In this document: positions 18,070-27,253 of the stretch, one piece after another
Position numbering within the stretch: position 1 is the first letter of the stretch
Layout: every line of letters begins with the position of its first letter
Assembly (NCBI GenBank): GCA_963756515.1
Contig: CAVWNV010000007.1
Coordinates: 27,108-91,107 of the forward strand
From: an uncultured Acidimicrobiaceae bacterium
GTDB lineage: Bacteria > Actinomycetota > Acidimicrobiia > Acidimicrobiales > RAAP-2
Direction: 5' to 3'
Length of the DNA stretch: 64,000 bases
The notes under the pieces: generated by a model
What the model was told of the DNA's origin: nothing
Seen by the model: only the letters and a program-made list of their open reading frames with translations
Databases searched by the model: none
Translations under genes and position numbers: made by a program

Positions 18070-19443
18070 TCAGGTTCCGTCGGCCGGCAGGAGCACGTTG
18101 GGGTTCAGGACGCCATCCGGATCGAGCGCCCGTTTGAGCGAACGGAAGGCCTCCACCTCGGCCGGCGTCCGCGACAGGTGGAGCCACCGTTTCTTGGCCG
18201 TCCCGATGCCGTGTTCGGCGCTGATGCTCCCGCCGAGCTCGGCCACCAAGCGGAACACGGCGTCGTCCACCCGGTCGTCCCCGGGTGGGAGCCCGGTGAC
18301 GTTCACGTGGATGTTCCCGTCGCCGACGTGGCCGAAGAGCCACGCCTGGCCGGCTGGATCCGCGGCCCGCACCGCGCCGGGTACCCGGTCGATGAACTCG
18401 GCCAGCGTCCCGCCCGGGAGGGCCACGTCGAGCTTGTGCGGGGGTCCCTGGGTGTTGATGGCATCGGTATGGGCCTCGCGGTAGCGCCAGAGCTCGGCCC
18501 TCCGGGCCGGCTCGGTGGCCACGGCCACGTCGGCCACATGGTCGGTGGTATCGCAGGATTCGGCCAGCGCCGGGGTGGGATCGGACCGGTCGGCCACCTC
18601 GACGAGCAGGTAGACCGGGTGCCCGTCGGGGAAGGGGGCCGGTAGCCCGTAGACCGAACGGACCAGCTCCAACCCGGACGAGAAGAACAGTTCGCAGGCC
18701 TCGAGCGACGCCAGCGACTGCCGGAATACTCCGGCGGCCTCGAGTGCGTGGGGGACGGTGGCAAAGGCCAGCAGGGCCACCGTCCGGTAGGGCATCGGGG
18801 GCACGAGGCGCAAGCGGGCCGCGGTGACGACGGCCAGAGTCCCCTCGCTGCCGCACACCAACCCCGGCCAGTCGTACCCGGTGTTGTCCTTGACCAGGCC
18901 GGCCAGGTGGGACACCACCGCGCCGGTCCCCAGTACCGCCTCGAGACCGACCACTTGGGCACGCGTGCCCCCGTAGCGCAGGACGTGCAGCCCGCCGGCG
19001 TTGGTCGCTACGGAGCCCCCGACGGTGGCCGAGTCGCGGCTGGCGATGTCCACCCCGTAGTGCCAGCCGGCGGAGCCCACCGCTCGCTGGAGATCCCCGA
19101 GAGTCACCCCGGAGCCCGCGGTGACCTGCCCGGAGCGGCGGTCGACCGGTCCGAGGGCGCTGAGCCGCCGGAGACTGAGGACGACCTCCCCCCTCAGGGG
19201 TACCCCGCCGCCGACGAGGCCGGTATTCCCGCCCTGGGGCACGAGGGCCAGGCCCAGTTCCCGGCAGACGGACACCGTGGCCGCCACCTCGTCGGTCGAT
19301 GCGGGCCGGACCACGGCTGCGGAGTGACCGACGAACCGGCCCGTCCAGTCGGTGGTGTACGAGGCGACGATCTCGGGATCCACCACCGCCTCCGGACCGA
19401 CGGCGTCCCGGAGTCTGGCCACGGCGGTGCGGAGGCGGTCCAC
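18070..19443 (-). CDS. FAD-linked oxidase (GlcD/D-lactate dehydrogenase family)
   Basis: PCMH-type FAD domain 'VVRPASTDEVAATVSVCRELGLALVPQGGNTGLVGGGVP' and a C-terminal 'GSISAEHGIGTAKKRWL'. GTG 19443 chosen (residue 90 of the ORF). Confidence 0.85.
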   Translation of the reverse strand: MDRLRTAVARLRDAVGPEAVVDPEIVASYTTDWTGRFVGHSAAVVRPASTDEVAATVSVCRELGLALVPQGGNTGLVGGGVPLRGEVVLSLRRLSALGPVDRRSGQVTAGSGVTLGDLQRAVGSAGWHYGVDIASRDSATVGGSVATNAGGLHVLRYGGTRAQVVGLEAVLGTGAVVSHLAGLVKDNTGYDWPGLVCGSEGTLAVVTAARLRLVPPMPYRTVALLAFATVPHALEAAGVFRQSLASLEACELFFSSGLELVRSVYGLPAPFPDGHPVYLLVEVADRSDPTPALAESCDTTDHVADVAVATEPARRAELWRYREAHTDAINTQGPPHKLDVALPGGTLAEFIDRVPGAVRAADPAGQAWLFGHVGDGNIHVNVTGLPPGDDRVDDAVFRLVAELGGSISAEHGIGTAKKRWLHLSRTPAEVEAFRSLKRALDPDGVLNPNVLLPADGT

Positions 19444-19500
19444 GCACCCCACTCTGCCCCAGCTCGACCCGCTGTCGCGTGGCTGCGGTACCGTGGGCCC

Positions 19501-20703
19501 GTGGGCGGTGATCGATTCGGTCCGATCGACTTCGACTGGTTCCATGGCGAGGAGCTGCCCAGACGACTCGACCGCTGCGGCCCGGTCTTCTCGCCCACCG
19601 ATCTGACCTACGTCCGTCCCCTGGCGTTCCGACTCGACGACGGCCGGGCGTTCACCTACGTCCCGTCCGGTCCGGGCTTCGAGGTGGAGGTCGGCATCGG
19701 ACGCGCCCACACGGTGGTCGACCTGACCCAGGACGCGTGGAGCAGCTTCGTCTGGGAGCTCAAGTCGTGCTTCGCCCTGCTCTACGGCGACGAACTGGCG
19801 GTCACCCAGGGGAGCTTCGGCCAGCTGGCGCGCTGGGAGTCACCGCTCCGGGTGGCCTTCGACGGTCAGGTCACCTACGACATCGACGACCCCCCGCCGG
19901 TGCTCGACGCCGACGGGGCGCCACTGGACTGCTCGCGGTCGTTCTCGTTGGACGAGCCACAGGAGGTGATCGCCGACTTCTTGGCCCGGGTGGGGTTCGT
20001 CCATCTCCGCCAGGTCTTCGGGGTCGACGAGCTCGACGACCTCCGGGCCGAGGTGGCGGCGGCCATAGCCCGGGCCCGGCCCGATGACCGTCGGTCGTGG
20101 TGGACCACGGTCGACGGTCGGGAGGTGTGTAACCGGGTCAACTACATCAACGACAGTTCACCCCTCGTGGCCGGCCTCGGAGCCGACGGTCGATTCGTCC
20201 GCATCGCCGCGCTGGGCGGCCCCGATCTGCGGGACGCCCACGACCGGCTGGACGGCAACGGTGTGGTGATCAAGGTGCCCGGCTCGTCCGGAGGCCTTGC
20301 CGACCTACCCTGGCACCGCGACTGCGGCATGGGCGGCCACCCTGTCAAGTGCCCCATGCTCAATGTCGGCATCCAGCTCGACGCGGCCACCCCGGAGAAC
20401 GGCCAGCTGCAGTTGATCCCGGGCTCGCACCTGGGGACCTCGCGTCTCCCCGGGCCCCGAGAGGCGGCCGGGCTTCCCGTCACCCCCGTCTCGACCGAAC
20501 CGGGGGACGTGACCGTCCACTTCGGGCACACCCTCCATGCCGCTCCACCGCCGTCCGATCCCCGGGCCGGCGGCAGGAAGGCGCTCTACCTCACCTTCGT
20601 GCCGCCCGTGACCTTCGACATGGTGGGCCCGGGCCAGGGCTACAACGACGTTCTGTTCACCCGCCACGGCGGCCGCGTCCAGCACGTCGACGCCCTGGAC
20701 TGA
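19501..20703 (+). CDS. PhyH-family Fe(II)/2-oxoglutarate dioxygenase with ~170-aa N-terminal extension
   Basis: Facial-triad region 'LPWHRDCGMGGH' and a later 'VTVHFGHTLHAAPP'. GTG start at residue 252 of the 651-aa ORF; the upstream part is antisense shadow of the FAD oxidase. Confidence 0.75.
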   Translation: MGGDRFGPIDFDWFHGEELPRRLDRCGPVFSPTDLTYVRPLAFRLDDGRAFTYVPSGPGFEVEVGIGRAHTVVDLTQDAWSSFVWELKSCFALLYGDELAVTQGSFGQLARWESPLRVAFDGQVTYDIDDPPPVLDADGAPLDCSRSFSLDEPQEVIADFLARVGFVHLRQVFGVDELDDLRAEVAAAIARARPDDRRSWWTTVDGREVCNRVNYINDSSPLVAGLGADGRFVRIAALGGPDLRDAHDRLDGNGVVIKVPGSSGGLADLPWHRDCGMGGHPVKCPMLNVGIQLDAATPENGQLQLIPGSHLGTSRLPGPREAAGLPVTPVSTEPGDVTVHFGHTLHAAPPPSDPRAGGRKALYLTFVPPVTFDMVGPGQGYNDVLFTRHGGRVQHVDALD

Positions 20704-20722
20704 TCGGCGCCGCCGGGACAGC

Positions 20723-22867
20723 TCAGGCGCGGGACGTCAGATCGTAGACGGTCTGACCACCGATGGTCCGGGCCGTGAAGTGGGCCTCGACCCAGCTGGT
20801 GATGGCCGAGTCGCTGTTGGCCTGGCCACCCGGCCCACCCATGCCACCACCGCCCGCCCCGGAGGCGATGAAGTAATGGATGTCGCCCTTGGCCACGTAC
20901 GACTCGAAGGTGGCGAGGCTGATGTTGCCACCCTGACCGTTGAAGCCGCCGATGGCCATGACCGGCTCATCGGAAGCCAGCTCGAGCGTGGCCGCCGACT
21001 GCGAGCCGAAGGTGGCGGCCGTCCACCGGTACCTGGAGGCGCCGGACCGGAGGGCGGCCGTCAGGGCCGCACTGGTGTTGGCCCCGCCCCCGCCGGTGGT
21101 CGGTGCGCCACCGGCGCCGAGTCCTGTCGTTCCCGAGCCCCCGCCGGGCCGGGCGCCGCTCGGCCGGACCCCACCCGATGGCGAGCCGGACGTCCCGGCC
21201 GGAGGGAGGCCGGTGCCACCGGGGAAGGCCCGGGCCTGGGCGCCGCCGGGGGTCAACCCGCCGCCACCACCGGGCCCACCGCCCGGAGCGCGACCGAACC
21301 CACCGCCCGGAGCGCCACCGAACCCGGCCCCGACACCACCACTGCTGCTGACGGCGGGTCCGGCGGACGGGATGCTCCCGGTGTGGGCGGTGTCCAGGGT
21401 GGTGGCGGTATAGGCCAGCGGACCGGCCAGGCCGGCCACCAGGCCCAGGCCGATGGCCAGGGCGGTGAGATGGTGGGTCAGTCGGGGGACGAAGGGTGCG
21501 GCCACCAACACCGCCGCGGCCAGGATGCCGAGGGCCAGGACGAGCGGTCGCAGCCACGGATCGTAGGCCGGGGTGCGCCCGAGCAGGACGAAGGCCCACG
21601 CCGCGGTGGAGACGATGGCTACGCTCCCGACGACGCGGGCCACCATGCGGTGCCGGTTCTGCCACAGCAGCGCTCCCCCGATGCCGACGAGCGCGGCGAT
21701 GGCCGGAGCCAGGGCCACCGTGTAGTAGGTGTGGATCACGCCGCTGCTGAAGCTGAACACCGCGCCGGTGACCAGGAGCCAACCACCCCACAGCAACAGT
21801 GCGGCCCGGGTCCGGTCGGTCCGGGGTGCCCGACCCCGCCACACCAAACCGGCCACGAGGGCGAGCAGCGAGGCCGGTAGCAACCACGAGGCCTGCCCCC
21901 CCATCAGATCGTTGAACAGGCGGAACACGCCGGAGGCGCCACTGAACCCGGCACCCCCGGTGCCGCCCGAAAGGCGGCTGAGCCCGTTGTACCCGAAGAT
22001 CAGGTTGATGATGTTGTTGTCGGGTGAGCCGTCGATGAACGGGCGCGATGCCGCCGGCCACAGGGCCACCACCGCGACCCACCATCCGGCCGAGACGACG
22101 ATGGCCACGCCTCCCAGCGCCAACTGCCAGAGCCGTCGCAACAGGGGAGTGGGTGAGGCCACCAGGTAGACGGCGGCGAAGGCGGGGAGGACGGTGAACG
22201 CCTGGAGCATCTTGGCCAGAAAGGCGAAGCCGATGAGCGTGCCGGTGGCGATGATCCAACCGGTCCCGGCCCGCTCGAGGGCCCGCGTCAGGGTGTAGGC
22301 CGCCGCCACCAGCAACAGCACCATGAGAGCGTCGGGGTTGTTGAAGCGGAACATGAGGGCGGCCACGGGGGTGCAGGCCAGGACGCCACCGGCCAACAGC
22401 CCGGCGGCGGGACCGAACCACCGTTTGACGGAGGCGTAGACCAGACCCACGGCGGCTACGCCCTCGAGCGCCTGGGGCACGAGCATGCTCCAACTGCTGA
22501 AGCCGAACAGCCGACCGGAGAGTTCCATCACCCACAGCGATCCGGGGGACTTGTCGACGGTGATGAAGTTCGACGAGTCGATGGAGCCGAAGAAGAACGC
22601 CTTCCAGCTCTTGGTGCCGGCCTGGACCGCGGCGGCGTAGAAGCTGTTGGCGTAGCCCGACGCACTCAGATCCCACAGGTAGGCCACCGCGGTCAGGGCC
22701 AGAAGGGCCACCAGAGCGGGGCCGACCCAACGCGCCCGGTCCGTGTCGTTGCCGTCAGGCTCCGGCCGGGAGTCACCGGGCCGTGGTCCTCCGGGTGGGT
22801 CGACGAGCCCGGTGGGGTTCGCCGGCGGATCCGGGTCGATGACTGGGGGAGAGACCGTGATGGACAT
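20723..22867 (-). CDS. glycosyltransferase family 39 (ArnT/PMT-like) with Gly/Pro-rich linker and C-terminal globular domain
   Basis: 714-aa ORF. 'YANSFYAAAVQAGTKSWKAFFFGSIDSSNFITVDKSPGSLW' is the typical actinobacterial GT39 N-terminal loop, and there are many TM helices. Confidence 0.9.
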   Translation of the reverse strand: MSITVSPPVIDPDPPANPTGLVDPPGGPRPGDSRPEPDGNDTDRARWVGPALVALLALTAVAYLWDLSASGYANSFYAAAVQAGTKSWKAFFFGSIDSSNFITVDKSPGSLWVMELSGRLFGFSSWSMLVPQALEGVAAVGLVYASVKRWFGPAAGLLAGGVLACTPVAALMFRFNNPDALMVLLLVAAAYTLTRALERAGTGWIIATGTLIGFAFLAKMLQAFTVLPAFAAVYLVASPTPLLRRLWQLALGGVAIVVSAGWWVAVVALWPAASRPFIDGSPDNNIINLIFGYNGLSRLSGGTGGAGFSGASGVFRLFNDLMGGQASWLLPASLLALVAGLVWRGRAPRTDRTRAALLLWGGWLLVTGAVFSFSSGVIHTYYTVALAPAIAALVGIGGALLWQNRHRMVARVVGSVAIVSTAAWAFVLLGRTPAYDPWLRPLVLALGILAAAVLVAAPFVPRLTHHLTALAIGLGLVAGLAGPLAYTATTLDTAHTGSIPSAGPAVSSSGGVGAGFGGAPGGGFGRAPGGGPGGGGGLTPGGAQARAFPGGTGLPPAGTSGSPSGGVRPSGARPGGGSGTTGLGAGGAPTTGGGGANTSAALTAALRSGASRYRWTAATFGSQSAATLELASDEPVMAIGGFNGQGGNISLATFESYVAKGDIHYFIASGAGGGGMGGPGGQANSDSAITSWVEAHFTARTIGGQTVYDLTSRA
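21276..21323. repeat. 24-bp tandem repeat (2 copies, 1 mismatch) inside the GT39 linker
   Basis: CCACCGCCCGGAGCGCGACCGAAC / CCACCGCCCGGAGCGCCACCGAAC. On the coding strand these encode FGRAPGGG / FGGAPGGG. Confidence 0.7.
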
Positions 22868-22936
22868 GCCTTCATGGTCGGATGCCCGGCTGTGAGTGCG
22901 CTGTCGGCCCCCTGAGCCGTCACTGGGACTTGCCGG

Positions 22937-23785
22937 CTACTCGGTCGTACGCCTCCGGAACAGATGCACGGCCAGCGGAGCGCACACCAACAGGATGAGC
23001 AGCGACCAGCCGACGGCGGCCTCGACGGGATGTTGCATCGGCCACACATCGATGCTGCCCGAGGGGTTCGGGTTGCCGAAGAGATTGCGGCAGGCGGCCG
23101 TCACCGCGCTCACCGGATTCCAGTCGGCGATGAGCTGCAGCCAATGAGGCATGCCGGTTGTCGGCACCATGGCGTTCGACACGAAGGCCAACGGGAACAG
23201 GATGATCAATCCGAGGCCTTGAGCCGACTCCGGGCCTTTGGAGACCATGCCCAGACAGGCGCAGCCCCACGACAGCGCGAAGCTGAACAGGAGGGCCACC
23301 CCGAACCCGGCTACCACCGACAGCAGCGTCGCGTCGGCCCGCCACCCGATCACCAGTCCGGTCAGCCCCACGATGATCGAGCACAACAGCGCGGCCAGGA
23401 GGTCGGACATCGTTCTCCCGACCAGCACGGCGGCGCGCCAGATGGGGAGGGCGCGGAACCGGTCGATGGCACCGGAGGTCATGTCGGTGCTGAGCCCCAC
23501 GGCCGTGCCCATGGCCGAGGTGGTGAGGTTCAAGGTGAGCAGTCCGGCCAGTGCGAAGTCCTTGTAGCTCCCGCCGCTGATCGGAATGCCCGATCCGAAG
23601 ATGTAGATGAACAGGATGGTGAACAGGACGGGTTGGATGGTGACGTCGGAGAGCTGGGCCGGCTCGCGACGGACGTGGACCAGGTTCCGACGGGTGAACA
23701 CCACCACGTCGTGGAGGCGGGACGCCGCCTCGCCGAGTGCCGTCGGGGCGGCGGTGGTCGGTCGGAGGTCGGCGGTGATCGTCAT
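22937..23785 (-). CDS. ABC-2 type transporter permease (DrrB-like)
   Basis: 282-aa hydrophobic ORF. Its start overlaps the stop of the upstream ATPase gene by 4 nt (23782-23785). Confidence 0.9.
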   Translation of the reverse strand: MTITADLRPTTAAPTALGEAASRLHDVVVFTRRNLVHVRREPAQLSDVTIQPVLFTILFIYIFGSGIPISGGSYKDFALAGLLTLNLTTSAMGTAVGLSTDMTSGAIDRFRALPIWRAAVLVGRTMSDLLAALLCSIIVGLTGLVIGWRADATLLSVVAGFGVALLFSFALSWGCACLGMVSKGPESAQGLGLIILFPLAFVSNAMVPTTGMPHWLQLIADWNPVSAVTAACRNLFGNPNPSGSIDVWPMQHPVEAAVGWSLLILLVCAPLAVHLFRRRTTE

Positions 23786-24789
23786 ACCAACACCCCGTTC
23801 CCCTCTCGGTCATCGTCCCCGGTCCGGTCGTCCGCCCCCGGGCCGGCGTCGGTGGACGGCCGGCCGGTCAACTCGAAGAAGACGTCGTCGAGCGAGGGTT
23901 GGAGCACGGCCACGTCATCGACGCTGATGCCGGCCAGGTCCAGGGCGCGGACTGCCTCGGTACCGAGGCCGGCACGGCTCCGCACCGCGGCCTTCAGGCT
24001 CCGCCCGTCGCTGCTCACGTGCACGGCCCCGTCCACCAGGGGGGCCAGGGCCACGACGGCCTGGTCGTCGGGAGCGGTGAGCGTGACGACCAGACGGGCA
24101 CCCCCCGTCGACTCCTTCAACTGCTGCGGGGTTCCTCCGGCGATGACCCGGCCGTGGTCGATGACCACGATGCGGTCGGCCAGGGTGTCTGCCTCGTCGA
24201 GATACTGCGTGGTGAGGAGGAGGGTGGTCCCGTCCGTGACCAGCTGTCGGATCACGTCCCACATGCGTAGGCGACTGGTCGGGTCGAGGCCGGTGGTCGG
24301 CTCGTCGAGGAACAGGACCGGCGGCCGGGTCACCACACTGGCGGCGAGATCGAGCCGGCGTCGCATCCCGCCCGAGTATCCCTTGGCGATGCGGTCGGAG
24401 GCATCCGTCAGGTCGAAGTTCGCCAGTAGCTCGGTGGCCCGGGCGCGAGCGTCCACCCGGCGCAGACCGCTCAACTCACCCACCATGACCAGGTTCTGGC
24501 GACCGGTCAGGGCCTCGTCGAGCGTGGCGTCCTGGGCTGCGACGCCGATACTGCGGCGGACGCTGGCCGCCTCGGTGACCACGTCGAAGCCGGCCACGCT
24601 GGCGCGTCCGGAGTCGGGGGTGGCCAGGGTGGTGAGAATGCGCACCGCCGTGGTCTTCCCGGCCCCGTTGGGTCCGAGGACACCGAGGATGGAACCCTGG
24701 TCGACCGCGAGGTCGACGCCGGCCAGGGCCACGGTCTGGCCGTAGCGCTTGGTCAGTCCCTCGGCGTGGATGATCTGGTCGGTTCCCAC
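23782..24789 (-). CDS. ABC transporter ATP-binding protein (DrrA/daunorubicin-resistance-like)
   Basis: Walker A 'GPNGAGKTT', signature 'YSGGMRRRLDLA' and Walker B 'VLFLDEPTTGLD'. Confidence 0.95.
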   Translation of the reverse strand: MGTDQIIHAEGLTKRYGQTVALAGVDLAVDQGSILGVLGPNGAGKTTAVRILTTLATPDSGRASVAGFDVVTEAASVRRSIGVAAQDATLDEALTGRQNLVMVGELSGLRRVDARARATELLANFDLTDASDRIAKGYSGGMRRRLDLAASVVTRPPVLFLDEPTTGLDPTSRLRMWDVIRQLVTDGTTLLLTTQYLDEADTLADRIVVIDHGRVIAGGTPQQLKESTGGARLVVTLTAPDDQAVVALAPLVDGAVHVSSDGRSLKAAVRSRAGLGTEAVRALDLAGISVDDVAVLQPSLDDVFFELTGRPSTDAGPGADDRTGDDDREGNGVLV

Positions 24790-24796
24790 TACAGTC

Positions 24797-24865
24797 CTTA
24801 CCGGTCGGTTGGCAAGTAGATTACCTGCCGCATGGTAAGGAGCAACTTACCGGCTGTCAAGTAGA
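24797..24865. promoter_or_regulatory. repeated operator-like motif between ABC operon and TetR gene
   Basis: Two direct copies share CTTACCGG...CAAGTAGA (24797-24820 and 24846-24865). An inverted GGTAAGG lies at 24834-24840 in the 87-bp divergent spacer. Confidence 0.4.
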
Positions 24866-24876
24866 ATCGAGTACCG

Positions 24877-25503
24877 ATGGTCCAGACCGAGGCGAAGACG
24901 GGGGTGACGGGGGACGGTCCCGAGCGGACCGGATCGCCCCGCGCCGAGGCGGGGGACACCCGCGAGCGGATCCTCGACATCGCCCTCGAGCTGTTCACCA
25001 CGCAGGGGTACGACAAGACCTCGCTGCGCCAGATCGCCGAGCAGCTCGGCTTCTCGAAGGCGGCGATCTACTACCACTTCGCCAGCAAGGGGGACATCCT
25101 CCGGGCGCTGCACCTCCGCCTGCACGAGTTCGGACGCGAGGCCTTGGACGCCATCTCCGGCCGCGAGGCCTCGCCCCGGCTCTGGGCCCAGCTCCTGGAC
25201 GGGCTCATCGACCAGATGCTGCAGCAGCGGGCCCTGTTCATCTTCCACGAGCGCAATCAGGCCGCCATCGAGGAGCTCCACCGTGAGAGCCACGACGGCG
25301 ACCACGAGGACCTTCAGGTGAGATTCCGCCAGGTGCTCTCCGACCAGGGCATTCCGATCGAACTCCGTGTCCGCATGGCCTGTGCCTTCGGCGCCGTGAT
25401 GGGGGGCCTGCTGATGGCCGGTGATGTCTTCGCCGAGGTCCCGTCCGGACAGTTGGGCGACATGTTGCGGGGGGCCGTGGACGACCTGCTCGATCCGCAC
25501 TGA
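24877..25503 (+). CDS. TetR/AcrR family transcriptional regulator
   Basis: N-terminal HTH 'RILDIALELFTTQGYDKTSLRQIAEQLGFSKAAIYYHF'. Confidence 0.9.
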   Translation: MVQTEAKTGVTGDGPERTGSPRAEAGDTRERILDIALELFTTQGYDKTSLRQIAEQLGFSKAAIYYHFASKGDILRALHLRLHEFGREALDAISGREASPRLWAQLLDGLIDQMLQQRALFIFHERNQAAIEELHRESHDGDHEDLQVRFRQVLSDQGIPIELRVRMACAFGAVMGGLLMAGDVFAEVPSGQLGDMLRGAVDDLLDPH

Positions 25504-25563
25504 GTCGGCCCCGGCCGGGGCGGGCTCCGCCGGAGCCCGGGGGGCGGTGCCGGGCCGCAACCG

Positions 25564-25593
25564 TTGACAGGGCGACGTCGGTGCGATTAAATA
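25564..25593 (+). promoter_or_regulatory. sigma-70-type promoter candidate for the MFS-TetR operon
   Basis: TTGACA (25564-25569), an 18-nt spacer, then TAAATA (25588-25593). It sits in a conspicuous AT-rich island about 75 nt upstream of the MFS start. Confidence 0.4.
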
Positions 25594-25669
25594 CAACACG
25601 TAGTGATTCGTAATAGATCCCGGAGCGGGCGGGTCCGGAGCTCCCCGTGACGTAGGAAAGGTGCCCGCC

Positions 25670-27253
25670 ATGGCCGCACTCGATCGCAAATGGTGGACGT
25701 TGATCGCGGTCTGCACCGCCACGTTCATGCTCCTCCTCGACATCACCGTGGTCAACGTGGCCCTGCCCGACATCCAGCGGTCGCTGCATTCGACCTTCAG
25801 CGATATCCAGTGGGTGGTCGACGCGTACTCGCTGACGCTGGCCGCCTTCCTGCTCACGGCGGGAGTCGTCGGCGACATGTTCGGTCGCCGCGAGGTGTTC
25901 GCCATCGGGTTGGGCGTCTTCTCGGTGTCGTCCCTCGTGTGCGGTCTGGCCACCACCTCGCTGATGCTCAACCTGGCCCGGGCGGCCCAGGGCGTGGGCG
26001 GGGCCATCATGTTCGCCACCTCACTGGCCCTGATCGCCGGGGCGTTCACCGGCAAGGAGCGCGGTACGGCCTTCGGGATCTACGGGGCCGTGCTGGGCGG
26101 GGCGGTGGCGGTGGGACCTCTGGTGGGGGGCGCCATCACCAGCGGCATCGGGTGGCGGTGGATCTTCTTCGTGAACGTGCCCATCGGGGTGCTGGCCATC
26201 GTCATCACCCTGACCAAGATCCAAGAGTCCCGTGACCCCAACCAACGACGCGTCGACTGGATCGGCTTCATCTCGTTCTCCACTGCCCTGTTCCTGTTGG
26301 TGTTCGCACTCATCCGCGGGAACGACGACGGTTGGAGCAGCCCGCTGATCGTGAGCATGCTGGTCGGGGCGGTGGCCCTGCTGGGGCTCTTCATCGTGGC
26401 CGAGTGGCGCCAGAAGGACCCGATGCTGGACCTGACGCTGTTCAAGCGGCCGGCCATGTCCGGGGTCTCGCTGTCTGCGCTGACCCTCTCCTCGTCGATC
26501 TTCGCCCTCTTCTTGTACCTCACCCTCTACATCCAGGACGACCTGGGATTCGGGCCCCTGGCCGCCGGGGTTCGGTTCCTCCCGCTCACCGTGTTGGCCT
26601 TCATCGTGTCCCCCATCGCCGGCAAGCTAACCGTGCGGATCCAGACCAGGTTCCTACTCGGGTCGGGGCTCTTCTTGATCGCCGTCGGCTGTCTGGTCAT
26701 GGCCACCACCAAGGCCGACTCCACCTGGACGGTCCTCCTCCCCGGCTTCATCATCGCCGGCATCGGCATCGGAACGGTCAATCCGGTCCTGGCCTCGTCG
26801 GCCATCTCGGTGGTCCCACCCGAACGCAGCGGCATGGCCTCGGGGGCCAACAGCACCTTCCGCCAGGTCGGCATCGCCACCGGCATCGCCGGGTTGGGGT
26901 CGGTGTTCCAGTCCCAGATCCAGCACAAGACGCTCAACGCCCTCGGTTCCACGCCGGCGGGTCAGGCCGTGATGGCCCACGGCGGGACCGCCCTCCGGGG
27001 TGCCATCCTGGGTGGCGACGTGCACCAGGCCGCCGCCGCCATTCCGTCGACGGCGGCCCGGACCGCCCTCCTCGACGCCTACCGGGTCGGCTTCTCATCC
27101 ACCCTCAACACCATCATGGTGATCGGTGCGGTCATCGCCTTCGTGGGTTCGATCGGAGCCTTCGTACTGGTGCGCCAGCGGGACTTCATCGTGAGTGGCC
27201 CACCGGCCGGCGCCACGGCTCCGGGCCCTGTGGCCGAGGCGGCCGCGTTGTGA
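25670..27253 (+). CDS. MFS transporter, DHA2 (EmrB/QacA) family
   Basis: 'LDRKWWTLIAVCTATFMLLLDITVVNVALPDIQRSL' and a 14-TMS-like hydrophobicity pattern. ATG 25670 preferred, with GGAAAGG upstream; GTG 25661 is possible. Confidence 0.9.
   Translation: MAALDRKWWTLIAVCTATFMLLLDITVVNVALPDIQRSLHSTFSDIQWVVDAYSLTLAAFLLTAGVVGDMFGRREVFAIGLGVFSVSSLVCGLATTSLMLNLARAAQGVGGAIMFATSLALIAGAFTGKERGTAFGIYGAVLGGAVAVGPLVGGAITSGIGWRWIFFVNVPIGVLAIVITLTKIQESRDPNQRRVDWIGFISFSTALFLLVFALIRGNDDGWSSPLIVSMLVGAVALLGLFIVAEWRQKDPMLDLTLFKRPAMSGVSLSALTLSSSIFALFLYLTLYIQDDLGFGPLAAGVRFLPLTVLAFIVSPIAGKLTVRIQTRFLLGSGLFLIAVGCLVMATTKADSTWTVLLPGFIIAGIGIGTVNPVLASSAISVVPPERSGMASGANSTFRQVGIATGIAGLGSVFQSQIQHKTLNALGSTPAGQAVMAHGGTALRGAILGGDVHQAAAAIPSTAARTALLDAYRVGFSSTLNTIMVIGAVIAFVGSIGAFVLVRQRDFIVSGPPAGATAPGPVAEAAAL

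Noticed and set aside
21100-21420. Repetitive G/C-rich DNA in the GT39 gene, and short tandem repeats at 9008-9033 and 34258-34287, considered as a possible CRISPR or satellite array.
   Set aside because: Each has only two adjacent units with no spacers. Two of the three lie inside coding low-complexity linkers. No cas genes are present.
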